The notes beneath the pieces are model-generated. The model searched no databases, was not told where the DNA came from, and was given only the letters and a program-made list of their open reading frames with translations. Both the position numbers and the translations under genes were made by a program. Positions 48,469 to 57,855 of a stretch of DNA of 64,000 nt are shown one piece after another. Source of the DNA: a virus; IMG/VR virus record IMGVR_UViG_3300021180_000006, positions 1 to 64,000 of that record; one strand, given 5' to 3'. How positions within the stretch are numbered: position 1 is the first letter of the stretch; every line of letters begins with the position of its first letter.

Positions 48469-50394
48469 TCACGCCCGGAAGCTGTACGGATCGTTCCAGT
48501 TGGTTCGGTATTCGACGTAGACGCGCGTGATGACCCCTTCGTGCTCGCCCGCCTCGCGCTCGAACCACGACGGCGGCGCCGGCAGCGTATTGGCCGCCAG
48601 ACCGCCGCGGTGGGGATCGAGCTGGAGCGCCTTCTCGATGTCGGCGCGGACGATCAGGACCAGTTGATCGGCGGGGATGGGCGGTGAACCGCTCGGTCCT
48701 GGCTCGGGCTGGGCGCAGGTGGCGATGATCTCGAATTCCTGAATCCAGCATTGGATGTTGTTGCACTGGAGTTCGCGGTTCCACTGCGCTCCGCCGAGTT
48801 GCACGTCGGCGACGACGGTGATGCCGTCCGTCCCCACTTCACCCAAGCGATCGGGCTCGGTCGAATAGCAGTTGCACTGGTAGCCTTGCTCGACCGAGAT
48901 GTCTCCGACGACCTGGAGGATGTTCTGGCGGATGCGCTCGATCAGGGGGAGATTGCCGCCCAGGAGTGTGGCGCCGGCGGTGACGATGCTGAACGAGTGC
49001 TGATGGAAGAACGAGCCGGTGGCGAATACGTCGTTGGCCTGGACCGTGAAGGTGCTGCTGCCGGCGGTGGTGGGCGTGCCGGAAATCGTCCCCGTCGAAG
49101 CATTCAGAGTGAGGCCGGCCGGAAGGCTCCCGGATGCGATGCTGAAATTCTGGCTGGTTCCCTGCGTCTTGGCGATCTGGAGGGCCTGAGAATAAACCTG
49201 GCCCACGACCGCACTGGCGACTGAGGCGGTGGTGATGTTGATCAGGTCAAACTCGACGACGCGGTATTTGAAACTTTCGTAACCATAGAGGACGTTGTTG
49301 ACGGGATCGAAGGCGTGACCCGGCTCCAGTCCGGTGAAGGCGCTTTGCGAAGTTCCCGCATTGCTGCTGACCCAATCGGCGGCGTTGAGGTTCTGGCTGG
49401 CGTTGGCGCCGTTGAAACTGGAGGTCGCGCTGTTGGGAACGATAAACTCGACGATGCGGACGTTACTGGAGTCGCAAGCCCAGAGCCGGTTCGCCGTCGA
49501 ATCGTAATTCAGATCGTCGGGACCGTTCAATCCGTTCTGCGTATAGGTGCTGCCGGCGTAGTGGGTGAAGTCGGCTTGCCCGAGCACGAAGGTCGCGTTC
49601 TCACCGTTGATGCCGCTGCCTGATCCGGGGGGCGCGCTAAAGCACAAGATACGGTTGTTGGCCGAATCGGAGACGAACACGCGGGCATTGACCGGATCGT
49701 ATGCGATCCCAAAGGGGCTGGTCATCCCCGCTTGTCCGTTGCCTGCGACCTTGGCGGTGAAACTCGATTGACCCAGGACGAACGAGGCGGCCGGGTTGCT
49801 GGCGCTGGAATCGTAGACGCCGTTGGCGACCGGGAAGCACATGACCCGGTTGTTGCCCGAGTCGCTCACAAACAATCTTCCGTTGACCGCGTCATAATCG
49901 ATGTCGTCCGGTCCGGCCAGTCCGGTTTGGGTTGTGGCCGATCCGTTGTGAGTAAAGTCGGTCTGCCCGATGACAAAAACCGCTGCGGCAAAATCGGTCA
50001 GATTCCCCGGCCGGCAATCGAAACAGAGGACGCGACGGAGGCCGCTATCGCTGAGGAACAAGCGGGCGTTGGCGTTGTCATAGCAGAGATTGCAAAAACG
50101 AAAAGTCTGTGACGTGGTCGCCCCGCTGCCGACGACGTTGAAATTGGCGGCGCCCAGCACGTGAATGGGAAGGATGGGCATCGTTCCCGGCACGCGATTG
50201 TTGTTGTCCAGTTGGAAAACCAGGACGCGGTTGTTTACGTCGTCCGCCACAAACAGGCGGTGCTGAACGGTATCGAGCGCGATGCTGGTGGTCTGATTGA
50301 CTCCCTGCGAAGTGGTACTGCCGCTGGGCGAGTTCACGACGTTGGCCGTGAAGCTGGTCTGACCCAGGACGATGGAACAGTTCAGGATGGCCAT
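48469..50394 (-). CDS. NHL beta-propeller + Ig-like + tail terminator-like fusion protein
   Basis: Repeated RLFVSDSGNNRV / VLGQxxF units; GSLPAGLTLNASTGTISGTPT; C-terminal RADIEKAL...VEYRT...DPY. Confidence 0.7.
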   Translation of the reverse strand: MAILNCSIVLGQTSFTANVVNSPSGSTTSQGVNQTTSIALDTVQHRLFVADDVNNRVLVFQLDNNNRVPGTMPILPIHVLGAANFNVVGSGATTSQTFRFCNLCYDNANARLFLSDSGLRRVLCFDCRPGNLTDFAAAVFVIGQTDFTHNGSATTQTGLAGPDDIDYDAVNGRLFVSDSGNNRVMCFPVANGVYDSSASNPAASFVLGQSSFTAKVAGNGQAGMTSPFGIAYDPVNARVFVSDSANNRILCFSAPPGSGSGINGENATFVLGQADFTHYAGSTYTQNGLNGPDDLNYDSTANRLWACDSSNVRIVEFIVPNSATSSFNGANASQNLNAADWVSSNAGTSQSAFTGLEPGHAFDPVNNVLYGYESFKYRVVEFDLINITTASVASAVVGQVYSQALQIAKTQGTSQNFSIASGSLPAGLTLNASTGTISGTPTTAGSSTFTVQANDVFATGSFFHQHSFSIVTAGATLLGGNLPLIERIRQNILQVVGDISVEQGYQCNCYSTEPDRLGEVGTDGITVVADVQLGGAQWNRELQCNNIQCWIQEFEIIATCAQPEPGPSGSPPIPADQLVLIVRADIEKALQLDPHRGGLAANTLPAPPSWFEREAGEHEGVITRVYVEYRTNWNDPYSFRA

Positions 50395-50508
50395 GGTTCG
50401 AGGAGGAGGGGGTGAGGGGGGAGGAGGAGGGGGTGAGGGGGAGAAGGGGCGAGGGGGTGAAGGACAGAAGCTCTCCCCCTCGCCCCCTCACCCACTCTCC
50501 CCCTCTCT

Positions 50509-51435
50509 TCACGAATTTTGCCCGCTCCAGGCGTTGGCGGCGTTGAAGTCGGGGCTGATCCCGTTGGTGAAGACGATCTGCGTATCGCTGACCGTCTTGA
50601 ATCGTCCGTTGCGCAGGCTGGTCGAGGTGATGGTGAAGCTCTCCCCGCTCTGGCTCAGATCGAGCAGTCCGCCGTTGCGCAGGTTCAGTTGCGTGATGCA
50701 GGCCGCGCCGGCGTTGCGGTGCAGGCAGTGGATGGTGCCGCCGTCACAGGTTGCCGTGGGGACGAGGTAGGTGCCGCGGGTGAACAGGTCTCCAGCGAAA
50801 CAGATCAGGGCCGTGACCGGGGTCGAGTTGACCAGAACCTGGCCGCCGTCGTTGACCACGTTGCTGTAGGTGACGCCCGAGCCCAGATTGCAGACGCCGC
50901 CGGTGACGTTGACGTTTCCGACCGTGGTGGTGTCGGTGTAGTTGTCGGTGGCGATGCCGATGCCGCCTGATCCGCCCAGGACGTTGATATCGCAGGCGGC
51001 GTTGTTGGCGCGGATGCGGACGGTTTCCTTGCCGGTGTCGATGGCGCGGGGATTGGCCTGGAAGACGTTGACGATCGGCGACGTCGTCCCCAGATCGAGG
51101 TTGATGCGCTGGCAGCCGACTTGGGTAGAGCTACTGGCGGCGGCGGCGGGGAGGTTGATGCCGACTTGGTTGCCGTTGGTGACGTTGAGCTTGAGGGGCG
51201 TGCCGTTGCTTCCGAACAGGATGGTCCCCGGTGAGGAGGAGCCGAAGGTGCCGTAGATGGTCAAGGTGTTGAAGACGACCCCGCCACCGGTTTGATCGGA
51301 GCCGTTGATGGCGCTGACGGCGGTGGCATCGAAGATCAGATCGTCACCGTTGCCGGGCACGCCGGAGGGGGACCAGTTGCCCGAGGTGGCGAAGTTGAAA
51401 TCGCCGATGGTGCCGGACCATGTTTTCTTAGCCAT
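50509..51435 (-). CDS. putative virion protein with beta-helix-like composition
   Basis: TWSG...GNWSPSGVPGNGDD; Gly/Asn/Thr-rich. Confidence 0.6.
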   Translation of the reverse strand: MAKKTWSGTIGDFNFATSGNWSPSGVPGNGDDLIFDATAVSAINGSDQTGGGVVFNTLTIYGTFGSSSPGTILFGSNGTPLKLNVTNGNQVGINLPAAAASSSTQVGCQRINLDLGTTSPIVNVFQANPRAIDTGKETVRIRANNAACDINVLGGSGGIGIATDNYTDTTTVGNVNVTGGVCNLGSGVTYSNVVNDGGQVLVNSTPVTALICFAGDLFTRGTYLVPTATCDGGTIHCLHRNAGAACITQLNLRNGGLLDLSQSGESFTITSTSLRNGRFKTVSDTQIVFTNGISPDFNAANAWSGQNS

Positions 51436-51506
51436 GATGGTTCAGGGGGGTGAGGGAGAGGGAGAGGGTGAGGCAGAGCAGCGGCCCCGATAGCGCCCGG
51501 ATCGCT

Positions 51507-51725
51507 TCAACGGTCGTTTGCTGATGGCGCTGAAATCAGGGCAAATCGTTCGCTGAACAGGGTTTGCCCGTCGCCCCGGTACAGATGAACCGCGACCGGC
51601 TTTCCCGTCTCCCTGTCCACTTCGAGGCCGTTGAGGACGCGGTTTCCGGCGTAGCTCAGGATGCGATCATCGAATCGCCAGATGGGCGTGGGCAATCTGT
51701 CGGCAGGGATTTTTTTGTTTGACAC
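51507..51725 (-). CDS. small ORF resembling an internal fragment of a lambda-family portal
   Basis: IPADRLPTP...NRVLNGLEVDRETGKPVAVHL. Confidence 0.45.
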   Translation of the reverse strand: MSNKKIPADRLPTPIWRFDDRILSYAGNRVLNGLEVDRETGKPVAVHLYRGDGQTLFSERFALISAPSANDR

Positions 51726-51865
51726 GGGCCGGGAGTTGTTAGAGTCGCGGGCGTTGATCGCTGGTTTCTAATCGCACAAGTACGATTCTCACGCCGCTCC
51801 CGCGAGACGCCTTTCCGGCGATCAACACTCGCGCCGGGGCGGCATGCGCTTCGGAACTTCGGAAG

Positions 51866-52894
51866 ATGAAGAAGAAATGCTGCGTTTGCGGTGATTTTTT
51901 CACGGCATCGAAATTCACGCCGAACGTTCAAATTCTCTGCGCATCTCCGGAATGCAAATCCAAACATAAGCGGAAGCTTGCCGGCTCGGAGTCGAGGGGG
52001 AGCAAAAAGGCATGCGTGATATGCGGGCTGCAATTCAGTTGTTGGACCCGTCTTCAACTGGCATGCTCTTCAAAAAAATGCCAACGAAGTCTACAGGATT
52101 CTCGCCGAAGAAGCAGAACAGGGCTCATATTAGCGAACAGTAAATGCTCGATTTGCGGTCGGGACTTCAAGACGGCGTCCAAAAATCGCGTGACCTGCGG
52201 CGCCCTGCGGTGCCGGCGTCAATCCGCAATCCGAAGAAGCCGCCTTCTTTCCGGTTGGATTGCCAAAGAACGGCGCTGCGAATCTTGCGGACGCAGTTTC
52301 CATCCTCGCCACCGCGCACATATTTGCTGTAGCAAAGTCTGCATGAATAAATGCCAAGCCCTTCGCGGTTATCTCTCCCGCGGGTGGCATCCGATGATGA
52401 TGCGGTGTCCGTTTTGCGCTAAAGAATTTATGCCGGACACCCGTCGCCGAGTGACGTGCGGCGCACTCGAATGCAAATCTGCTCTTTCACGCCAGAGGGC
52501 AGGCGTTGAGAAACGAGGGAAAAAAGGAATCTGTCGTTTTTGTGGAAAGGATTTTCTCGCTAGAAATCGTCGGCAGATAACATGCGGTAATACCCCCTGC
52601 CGGCGCAAACTTGACGCCAAGGCGCAGCTTTTCAATTGTTCGATCTGTGGAAGGGCGTTCTGGACATCGCGACATGACCGCATTACATGCGGCGACCCGA
52701 AATGTCAGAAAGAACACTGCCTAGCCCGGCATCGAAATAGAGACCCAATCATCCGGATGAAATTGACGCCGCAGGACTTGGAACGCCGGCGTCAAAAAGC
52801 GTATGACAAATATCACGCGAAACATGATAGAGCGAAGATGGACGAACTCCGACGAATGAAACTCATTTTGAAAGGAGCACTGACCAATGCCTGA
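51866..52894 (+). CDS. protein with 7 tandem CxxC-x3-F...C-x3/4-C zinc-binding repeats
   Basis: Repeats counted in the translation; lower-GC segment. Confidence 0.7.
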   Translation: MKKKCCVCGDFFTASKFTPNVQILCASPECKSKHKRKLAGSESRGSKKACVICGLQFSCWTRLQLACSSKKCQRSLQDSRRRSRTGLILANSKCSICGRDFKTASKNRVTCGALRCRRQSAIRRSRLLSGWIAKERRCESCGRSFHPRHRAHICCSKVCMNKCQALRGYLSRGWHPMMMRCPFCAKEFMPDTRRRVTCGALECKSALSRQRAGVEKRGKKGICRFCGKDFLARNRRQITCGNTPCRRKLDAKAQLFNCSICGRAFWTSRHDRITCGDPKCQKEHCLARHRNRDPIIRMKLTPQDLERRRQKAYDKYHAKHDRAKMDELRRMKLILKGALTNA

Positions 52895-53513
52895 GACAAA
52901 ACTGACGACGCGATCGGCTGGACTTCCGAGCTTGGATGATTTCCTCACCAAGTTCGACCGAATGACAAACGAGCAGATCGCCGGTCGAATCACCGAGCTG
53001 CTCGGCATCGACCGCAATGTCGTTCTCGAAATCGCGGCCGGCATCAAAACGATCGAGCTACGCGACCCTAACTCCGAGGAACTTCAACGAGTGAAGGAGA
53101 TGACGGGCCTCTTTGAATACTGCCGCCGCGTTGCATTCGACAATCTGTATCCGGACATCATCGTCCGCTTTCATGGTGAGATGCTCCGCTACGTCGCCGC
53201 GCTCACTCGACCAGATCAGGAAAAGGTCTGCGCCAGCGAACGGATGCTCTACGTCGTCATCGAGAACGGCGAGACCAAGAAGACATGGGTTCCCACGATG
53301 AAGATGCGGACCCGCCACATCCGCCAGATTTTCAATGATCGCAAGATCAACGACGAAGGCGATCAAATCGCCTACGCCCGCGCGAAAATCCCCAACACCG
53401 GCAAGACAACCAAACCCTACGAAATCCTCAAAGGCGGGACGATCTGCCGGGTTGCAGCCCAAACGGACTGGAACAAATCCGATCTACTGATGATTCTCGG
53501 GCGGATGAAATAG
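52887..53513 (+). CDS. hypothetical protein
   Basis: AAGGAG RBS; overlaps the Zn-repeat gene. Confidence 0.65.
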   Translation: MPETKLTTRSAGLPSLDDFLTKFDRMTNEQIAGRITELLGIDRNVVLEIAAGIKTIELRDPNSEELQRVKEMTGLFEYCRRVAFDNLYPDIIVRFHGEMLRYVAALTRPDQEKVCASERMLYVVIENGETKKTWVPTMKMRTRHIRQIFNDRKINDEGDQIAYARAKIPNTGKTTKPYEILKGGTICRVAAQTDWNKSDLLMILGRMK

Positions 53514-53845
53514 AAGCACGTCTTCGACCGCCATTTCGGCGTCCCTGTGAAGCAGCGAAAAGTGCTGCCGGAGGAATTCGTTTATTTCCTGAACGGCGAG
53601 CATCATCTTCAATGCCTGAAACGCCAACCGCGCAATCACCCACGCTTGCCTTTCGTCATTGGCACTTCGTGGCGCGGCTGGCAAAAATGCGCCAGCGCAA
53701 GCCGCAGTTTTCACCCTCTCAAAAAGCCAAGAGAATGCACGCCGTTCGCAGAATTGTTGTATCTCGCTTTCGGCTGCGATTCGGCATCCCACGTTGAATG
53801 GTTGTTCGCAAACCCTTCGACGGTCATGGTCATTCGGGTGATACA

Positions 53846-54043
53846 TCATTTTCCAGATCGCTTGCCCTTCGGCCCGCGCGGGAGCCTCTTGAACTTGGCA
53901 AGCGACGAAGGATAGATCAGCCAGTCCCGCCCCACCTTCTGGGCCTTCAATCGCTTCTCGTCGATGAACTGGCGGACGCGATGCACCCCCACGCCCAAGA
54001 GCTTCCCCGCCTCCGCCGTCGTCAATGAGGGTTTTTCGCCCAT
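53846..54043 (-). CDS. HTH_17 excisionase-like DNA-binding protein
   Basis: LTTAEAGKLLGVGVHRVRQFI...LKAQKVGRDWLI. Confidence 0.8.
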   Translation of the reverse strand: MGEKPSLTTAEAGKLLGVGVHRVRQFIDEKRLKAQKVGRDWLIYPSSLAKFKRLPRGPKGKRSGK

Positions 54044-54054
54044 CGAGGCCCATT

Positions 54055-54118
54055 CTGACCCATGGGTGAGGAAATTGCCAGCCGTTTATAGTCGAAAGTA
54101 TCCTTACCCGTGAGTAAG
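54055..54118. promoter_or_regulatory. two related imperfect palindromes (CTGACCCATGGGTGAG, CTTACCCGTGAGTAAG) in a divergent promoter
   Basis: At 54055-54070 and 54103-54118, between the HTH gene and the ORF at 54152. Confidence 0.5.
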
Positions 54119-54151
54119 ATACGGGCGTAAGCGAACAAAAGGAGCTTTCAA

Positions 54152-54337
54152 ATGACTGAAACCAATCGAATCACTGAACTGGATAACGCCCGCAAGCAAG
54201 CCGACGAAGCCAAAAGCCGCGTGGAAAACGCCCGCTACAGCCAGAGCCGCCGCGATGCCTGGGCGGATTACGAATTCTGGACGAGCAAGACCGCGTTCCT
54301 CACCGCGATCGGCGTTCAGGGACAGACGCGAGCGTGA
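54152..54337 (+). CDS. hypothetical protein
   Basis: AAGGAG RBS. Confidence 0.6.
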   Translation: MTETNRITELDNARKQADEAKSRVENARYSQSRRDAWADYEFWTSKTAFLTAIGVQGQTRA

Positions 54338-54339
54338 GC

Positions 54340-55158
54340 CTATGCCAGTTCATACGTCTTCACCGCCCCCGGCGCAATTCCCTCCTCCATCAACGTCGGC
54401 ACGTCCAAGCTGAAATCCGCGGGCTGGCCCTTCTTCGTCCAGGCGTCCAGCGCCACGTCGTTACGGTGATGGGCCACGATGCACAGGGTCTTGCCGGGAT
54501 AGTTCGCGTGGATGTTCGTCATCTCGTCCAGAAACCGGCTCTTGAAATCGTTGAACGATTCGCCGCCGGGAATCTTCTCGTCCGGGTGCTCGATGAAATA
54601 GCGCAGCTTGGGCAAGACGCTCTTGGATTCCACCCCCTGGAAAATCCCCGCATTCAACGGCCGCAGCGCCTGCGTCGAATAGAGGATCGGCGCCCCGGTC
54701 GCTTGGGCGATTTCCCCTGCCGTTTCGCGGGCTCGCCCCAGATCGGAGCTGATGATCCCGTCCAGAGGCGTATCCGCAAGCTGCTGACCCACGGCGATGG
54801 CCGCGGCTTTGCCCTTGGGCGAAAGCGGAACGTCCACCCAGCCGCGAATCTTGTCCCCGTCCTCGTTCAGTTGAGTATCGCCATGACGGACGAAGACCAG
54901 CTTGGTGGGTTGCGAGGCAGGGGGGGTCACGGATTCCTCGTTGTGGAGAAGGGCCAATCCCCGCGAGGCTTCGACGGCACGCAGAGTCACCGCCGGATCG
55001 CTGCGATCGACTAAAGTCCGGTCGCGCTCGAAGTCCGCGCGCCAGATGGAGACGGGGATCATCTCCTGCCTCTGCCGGGCATTCTCAGCCAGGACAGCGG
55101 AGACGGCCGCGGAAACGGCGATGGCGACCACATCGGGATCGAATGGGTTGGGCATCAT
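54340..55158 (-). CDS. histidine phosphatase family protein
   Basis: FVRHG, SSDLGRARETA, GGES, VAHH. Confidence 0.88.
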   Translation of the reverse strand: MMPNPFDPDVVAIAVSAAVSAVLAENARQRQEMIPVSIWRADFERDRTLVDRSDPAVTLRAVEASRGLALLHNEESVTPPASQPTKLVFVRHGDTQLNEDGDKIRGWVDVPLSPKGKAAAIAVGQQLADTPLDGIISSDLGRARETAGEIAQATGAPILYSTQALRPLNAGIFQGVESKSVLPKLRYFIEHPDEKIPGGESFNDFKSRFLDEMTNIHANYPGKTLCIVAHHRNDVALDAWTKKGQPADFSLDVPTLMEEGIAPGAVKTYELA

Positions 55159-55230
55159 TGATTTCCAAAGGTGGCGGGAAGGTGGCGGGGAAGGTGGCGG
55201 AAGGTGGCGGAAGGTGGCGGAAGGTAGCCT

Positions 55231-55593
55231 TTATCCCATCGCTGCTTCGGCGTGAATCGTCCAGCCCCCCAGGTCCTGACTGATGATGGCGGTGATGCGG
55301 AAAGTCGTCGGGGTATCTTGAATCTGCCAGGGACCGACCAGCTTGTCGCCACGCTCCGGCCGGGTGGTCAATCCTCCGGCGGGACTTGCGGCGATGAACA
55401 TGGAGACCATCTTCACCCGGTACTTCTGCCCCTCTTTGATGACCTCGGGCTGATGGCGATCGACGACCGGAGTGATGTTGATCGAAGGCTGTACGACTCC
55501 CCCGACCGGCTTGGGCGTGTAGACCCAGGGCTCGCCGAAATCCAGGAGCATGGCCGCAGCGTCGGCGCCGAGTGCTGTATCGAGGGAGCCCAT
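55231..55593 (-). CDS. head-tail joining protein
   Basis: LLDFGEPWVYTP...VVDR...PERGDKL; 120 aa. Confidence 0.7.
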   Translation of the reverse strand: MGSLDTALGADAAAMLLDFGEPWVYTPKPVGGVVQPSINITPVVDRHQPEVIKEGQKYRVKMVSMFIAASPAGGLTTRPERGDKLVGPWQIQDTPTTFRITAIISQDLGGWTIHAEAAMG

Positions 55594-55663
55594 CAGTTAA
55601 AACTCGAAACTCGAATGACGAATGACGAAACCGGAGCGCTACACGTAGCGCTACACGACGCAT

Positions 55664-56206
55664 CTAACCGTGGTGCCGGAAAAGACTTACGCCGCGGGCA
55701 TTTAGCCAGGGGGTGAGCAGGTTCTCGAAGATGTTCCGCTCCAGCCGCCAGCGTTCCGGGCTGCGATTGCCGCCGGCCTTCACCCCGTCAAAGTCCGCCT
55801 CACCCTGCCAGTCGGCACCGAAGACCTCGATGCGCTTGCACCCGATGAACTCGGCATAGACACAGGCGGCGATGGCGGTGAAGACGCGCCACTGCGGAAC
55901 CCCGCCTGCCCCTTGGCAATGAGGATCGAGGCTCTCGAAGCTGGGGAGTACCCGCCAGGGCCAGGGCTTGTCGGTCTGTCTCAGATGCTCGATCGCGCCT
56001 TCGGTGGTCAACAGCTCGGGCATGCCGCGGACGTGGGCGCGTTCGGCTTCGATCAGCGGATAGTCTCCGGCGGCCCAGACATCGGCCGGGAAGAACGCGC
56101 TCGCGCGGTTGACGGCGATCACGATGACATCGGCGCCGAAGCCAATCGGGGACGTGGCAGATAGTGACGTACCGGGGCAGAGGATGGCGGCGGTGGGGGG
56201 GTTCAT
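55664..56206 (-). CDS. DUF115/Maf/sialyltransferase-like fold protein
   Basis: ILCPGTSL, IAVNRA, IGCKRIEVFGAD. Confidence 0.6.
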   Translation of the reverse strand: MNPPTAAILCPGTSLSATSPIGFGADVIVIAVNRASAFFPADVWAAGDYPLIEAERAHVRGMPELLTTEGAIEHLRQTDKPWPWRVLPSFESLDPHCQGAGGVPQWRVFTAIAACVYAEFIGCKRIEVFGADWQGEADFDGVKAGGNRSPERWRLERNIFENLLTPWLNARGVSLFRHHG

Positions 56207-56778
56207 GGTGCGAAGTAGTGGTAAACCGGCCCCTCCAGAAACACCTCGCTCTTGAGCAGCGGGCGCAATCGGTGCGAGTAATCCCGGTCCTCCCCGTGCG
56301 TCAAAGGCTTGAATCCCGTTGCGATGGCCAGCTCGGTCTTCACCGGGTTCAGATGATTCGGTGGCCGGAAGTAGGTCTTGCTCCCCGGAGGCCCGGTTTC
56401 AAACCAGCGCGAATACTGCATCGAATGAATGAATGTTTCGGGCTTGGCCGGCGCCGGTCGCACGAGAAGACCTTCCAGCCCCACCACATCGGGATTCTCC
56501 TGGAGCGCAGTCAGAATCCGCGGGCAATAGTCGTCGGTCACCAGGTCGTCGTCGTCGATGAACGAGCAGTAGGGGATCGACCATTCTTGCGGACCGCGGA
56601 GCAATTCGTTGCGCTTCTGGCCCACCGGTTTTTCCCCGGCGTCGGTGTGGATGAAGATCGATATCTCGGTGATCGAGCACTGCGCTGAGAGGCGGTCCAT
56701 CAGGCGCTGGAGCTGCCCGACGCGATGGTTCAGATGGCAGATCAGGATCGCCAGGCGGGGCATGCGGGCATGCGCCAA
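56203..56778 (-). CDS. GT2 glycosyltransferase
   Basis: GQKRNELL, FIDDDD, GED. Confidence 0.8.
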   Translation of the reverse strand: MAHARMPRLAILICHLNHRVGQLQRLMDRLSAQCSITEISIFIHTDAGEKPVGQKRNELLRGPQEWSIPYCSFIDDDDLVTDDYCPRILTALQENPDVVGLEGLLVRPAPAKPETFIHSMQYSRWFETGPPGSKTYFRPPNHLNPVKTELAIATGFKPLTHGEDRDYSHRLRPLLKSEVFLEGPVYHYFAP

Positions 56779-56781
56779 AAG

Positions 56782-57381
56782 TCAGAGGGGGAGACGGGGA
56801 GACACGGGGACACGGAGACAGCGTTTGTGTAGCGCCCGGCGCACCATGTCTTTGACGACCGAGGGGTGGACGCAGCCCGGCGGGGAAGGCAGGTGCAGCT
56901 TGCCGTAATCCGCCGCAACTTCGTCCGCGATTTCTTCGATCTGTTCGGCGATTTCAGCCTTTTCTTTTTCGGTCAAGGCCGCGCGTCCGAACTGTTCCCC
57001 CCCGCGGTTGATCGCCTCGCGAATGCCCCGCGTGAAGGCGTCCAGCTCCTCGTAAGGACCGCCGCCGCGTGGGCCTGCGTTGCGGATTTCGGGTTCCAGC
57101 CCGGCGAAATAGTCGAGCGTCTGGCCGTTCCGGCACTGGCAGTCCTTGACGACGATCGTCCCCTGCGGCGGCGTTTGGAGCGTCATGTCGCGGGTGCATA
57201 ACGGCTCGTCCCCATCGCGGAGTGAGTCGTCGATTTCCGGCGGCGATGGGACAACGCCCGGCGCCAGATCGCGCACCTCTCCCGTCCCCGCGCAGCGCTC
57301 GCACTTGCGCGTATGCAACAGCGTGATGGCGCCTTTACCTTGGCAGTCGGGACAGATCATGACTGATCCTTTCTCGCACAC
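56782..57381 (-). CDS. hypothetical protein with a DnaJ-like Zn motif
   Basis: CPDCQGKG...CERCAGTG. Confidence 0.5.
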   Translation of the reverse strand: MCEKGSVMICPDCQGKGAITLLHTRKCERCAGTGEVRDLAPGVVPSPPEIDDSLRDGDEPLCTRDMTLQTPPQGTIVVKDCQCRNGQTLDYFAGLEPEIRNAGPRGGGPYEELDAFTRGIREAINRGGEQFGRAALTEKEKAEIAEQIEEIADEVAADYGKLHLPSPPGCVHPSVVKDMVRRALHKRCLRVPVSPRLPL

Positions 57382-57621
57382 GTTTCATTGTCCACGGCGC
57401 GATCCCCCGTTCGCCCCCGTTGTGTTCGGCCGTCATCAGAATCCAGTGAATCCGCAGCGCCCCGATGGTCATCAAGAGGGAGGCGCGGAGCGCTTGCCGT
57501 CGTGAAATCGTTGACGGTCCCCAAGGCGTTGCGGCGCGAAGAAAACGGTAATGGCTGATCGCGAGTGCCGGCATCCGCAGGATGAAATCGGGCCAGCGCC
57601 GCGGCGTGAGTTTGAACGGCT

Positions 57622-57855
57622 TCATGCGTTCAGTATCTCCAGACAGGTGCGTACCGACACGTGCTCCTCGATCTGGCGCGGTTCGGTCACGGCAAAGCCG
57701 GCCAGGCGGTAATCGTGCAGGCGGCTCGTCAGCGTGCGGAGGGAAATATCCAGGCTCCGCGCCGTCATCGTGCGATGGCCCTCCAGCGCCGCCAGACGAT
57801 CGAGGATCGCCGCCCGTTCGATCTCGGCTAACGTGGGCTCGATCACGGCTGACAT
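57622..57855 (-). CDS. Fis-type HTH protein
   Basis: TLAEIERAAIL...GHRTMTARSLDISLRTLTSRLHDY. Confidence 0.8.
   Translation of the reverse strand: MSAVIEPTLAEIERAAILDRLAALEGHRTMTARSLDISLRTLTSRLHDYRLAGFAVTEPRQIEEHVSVRTCLEILNA

Noticed and set aside
55168-55226. CRISPR array or mini-array
   Set aside because: Tandem ~10-mers without unique spacers; no repeat-spacer structure or cas genes seen anywhere in the window
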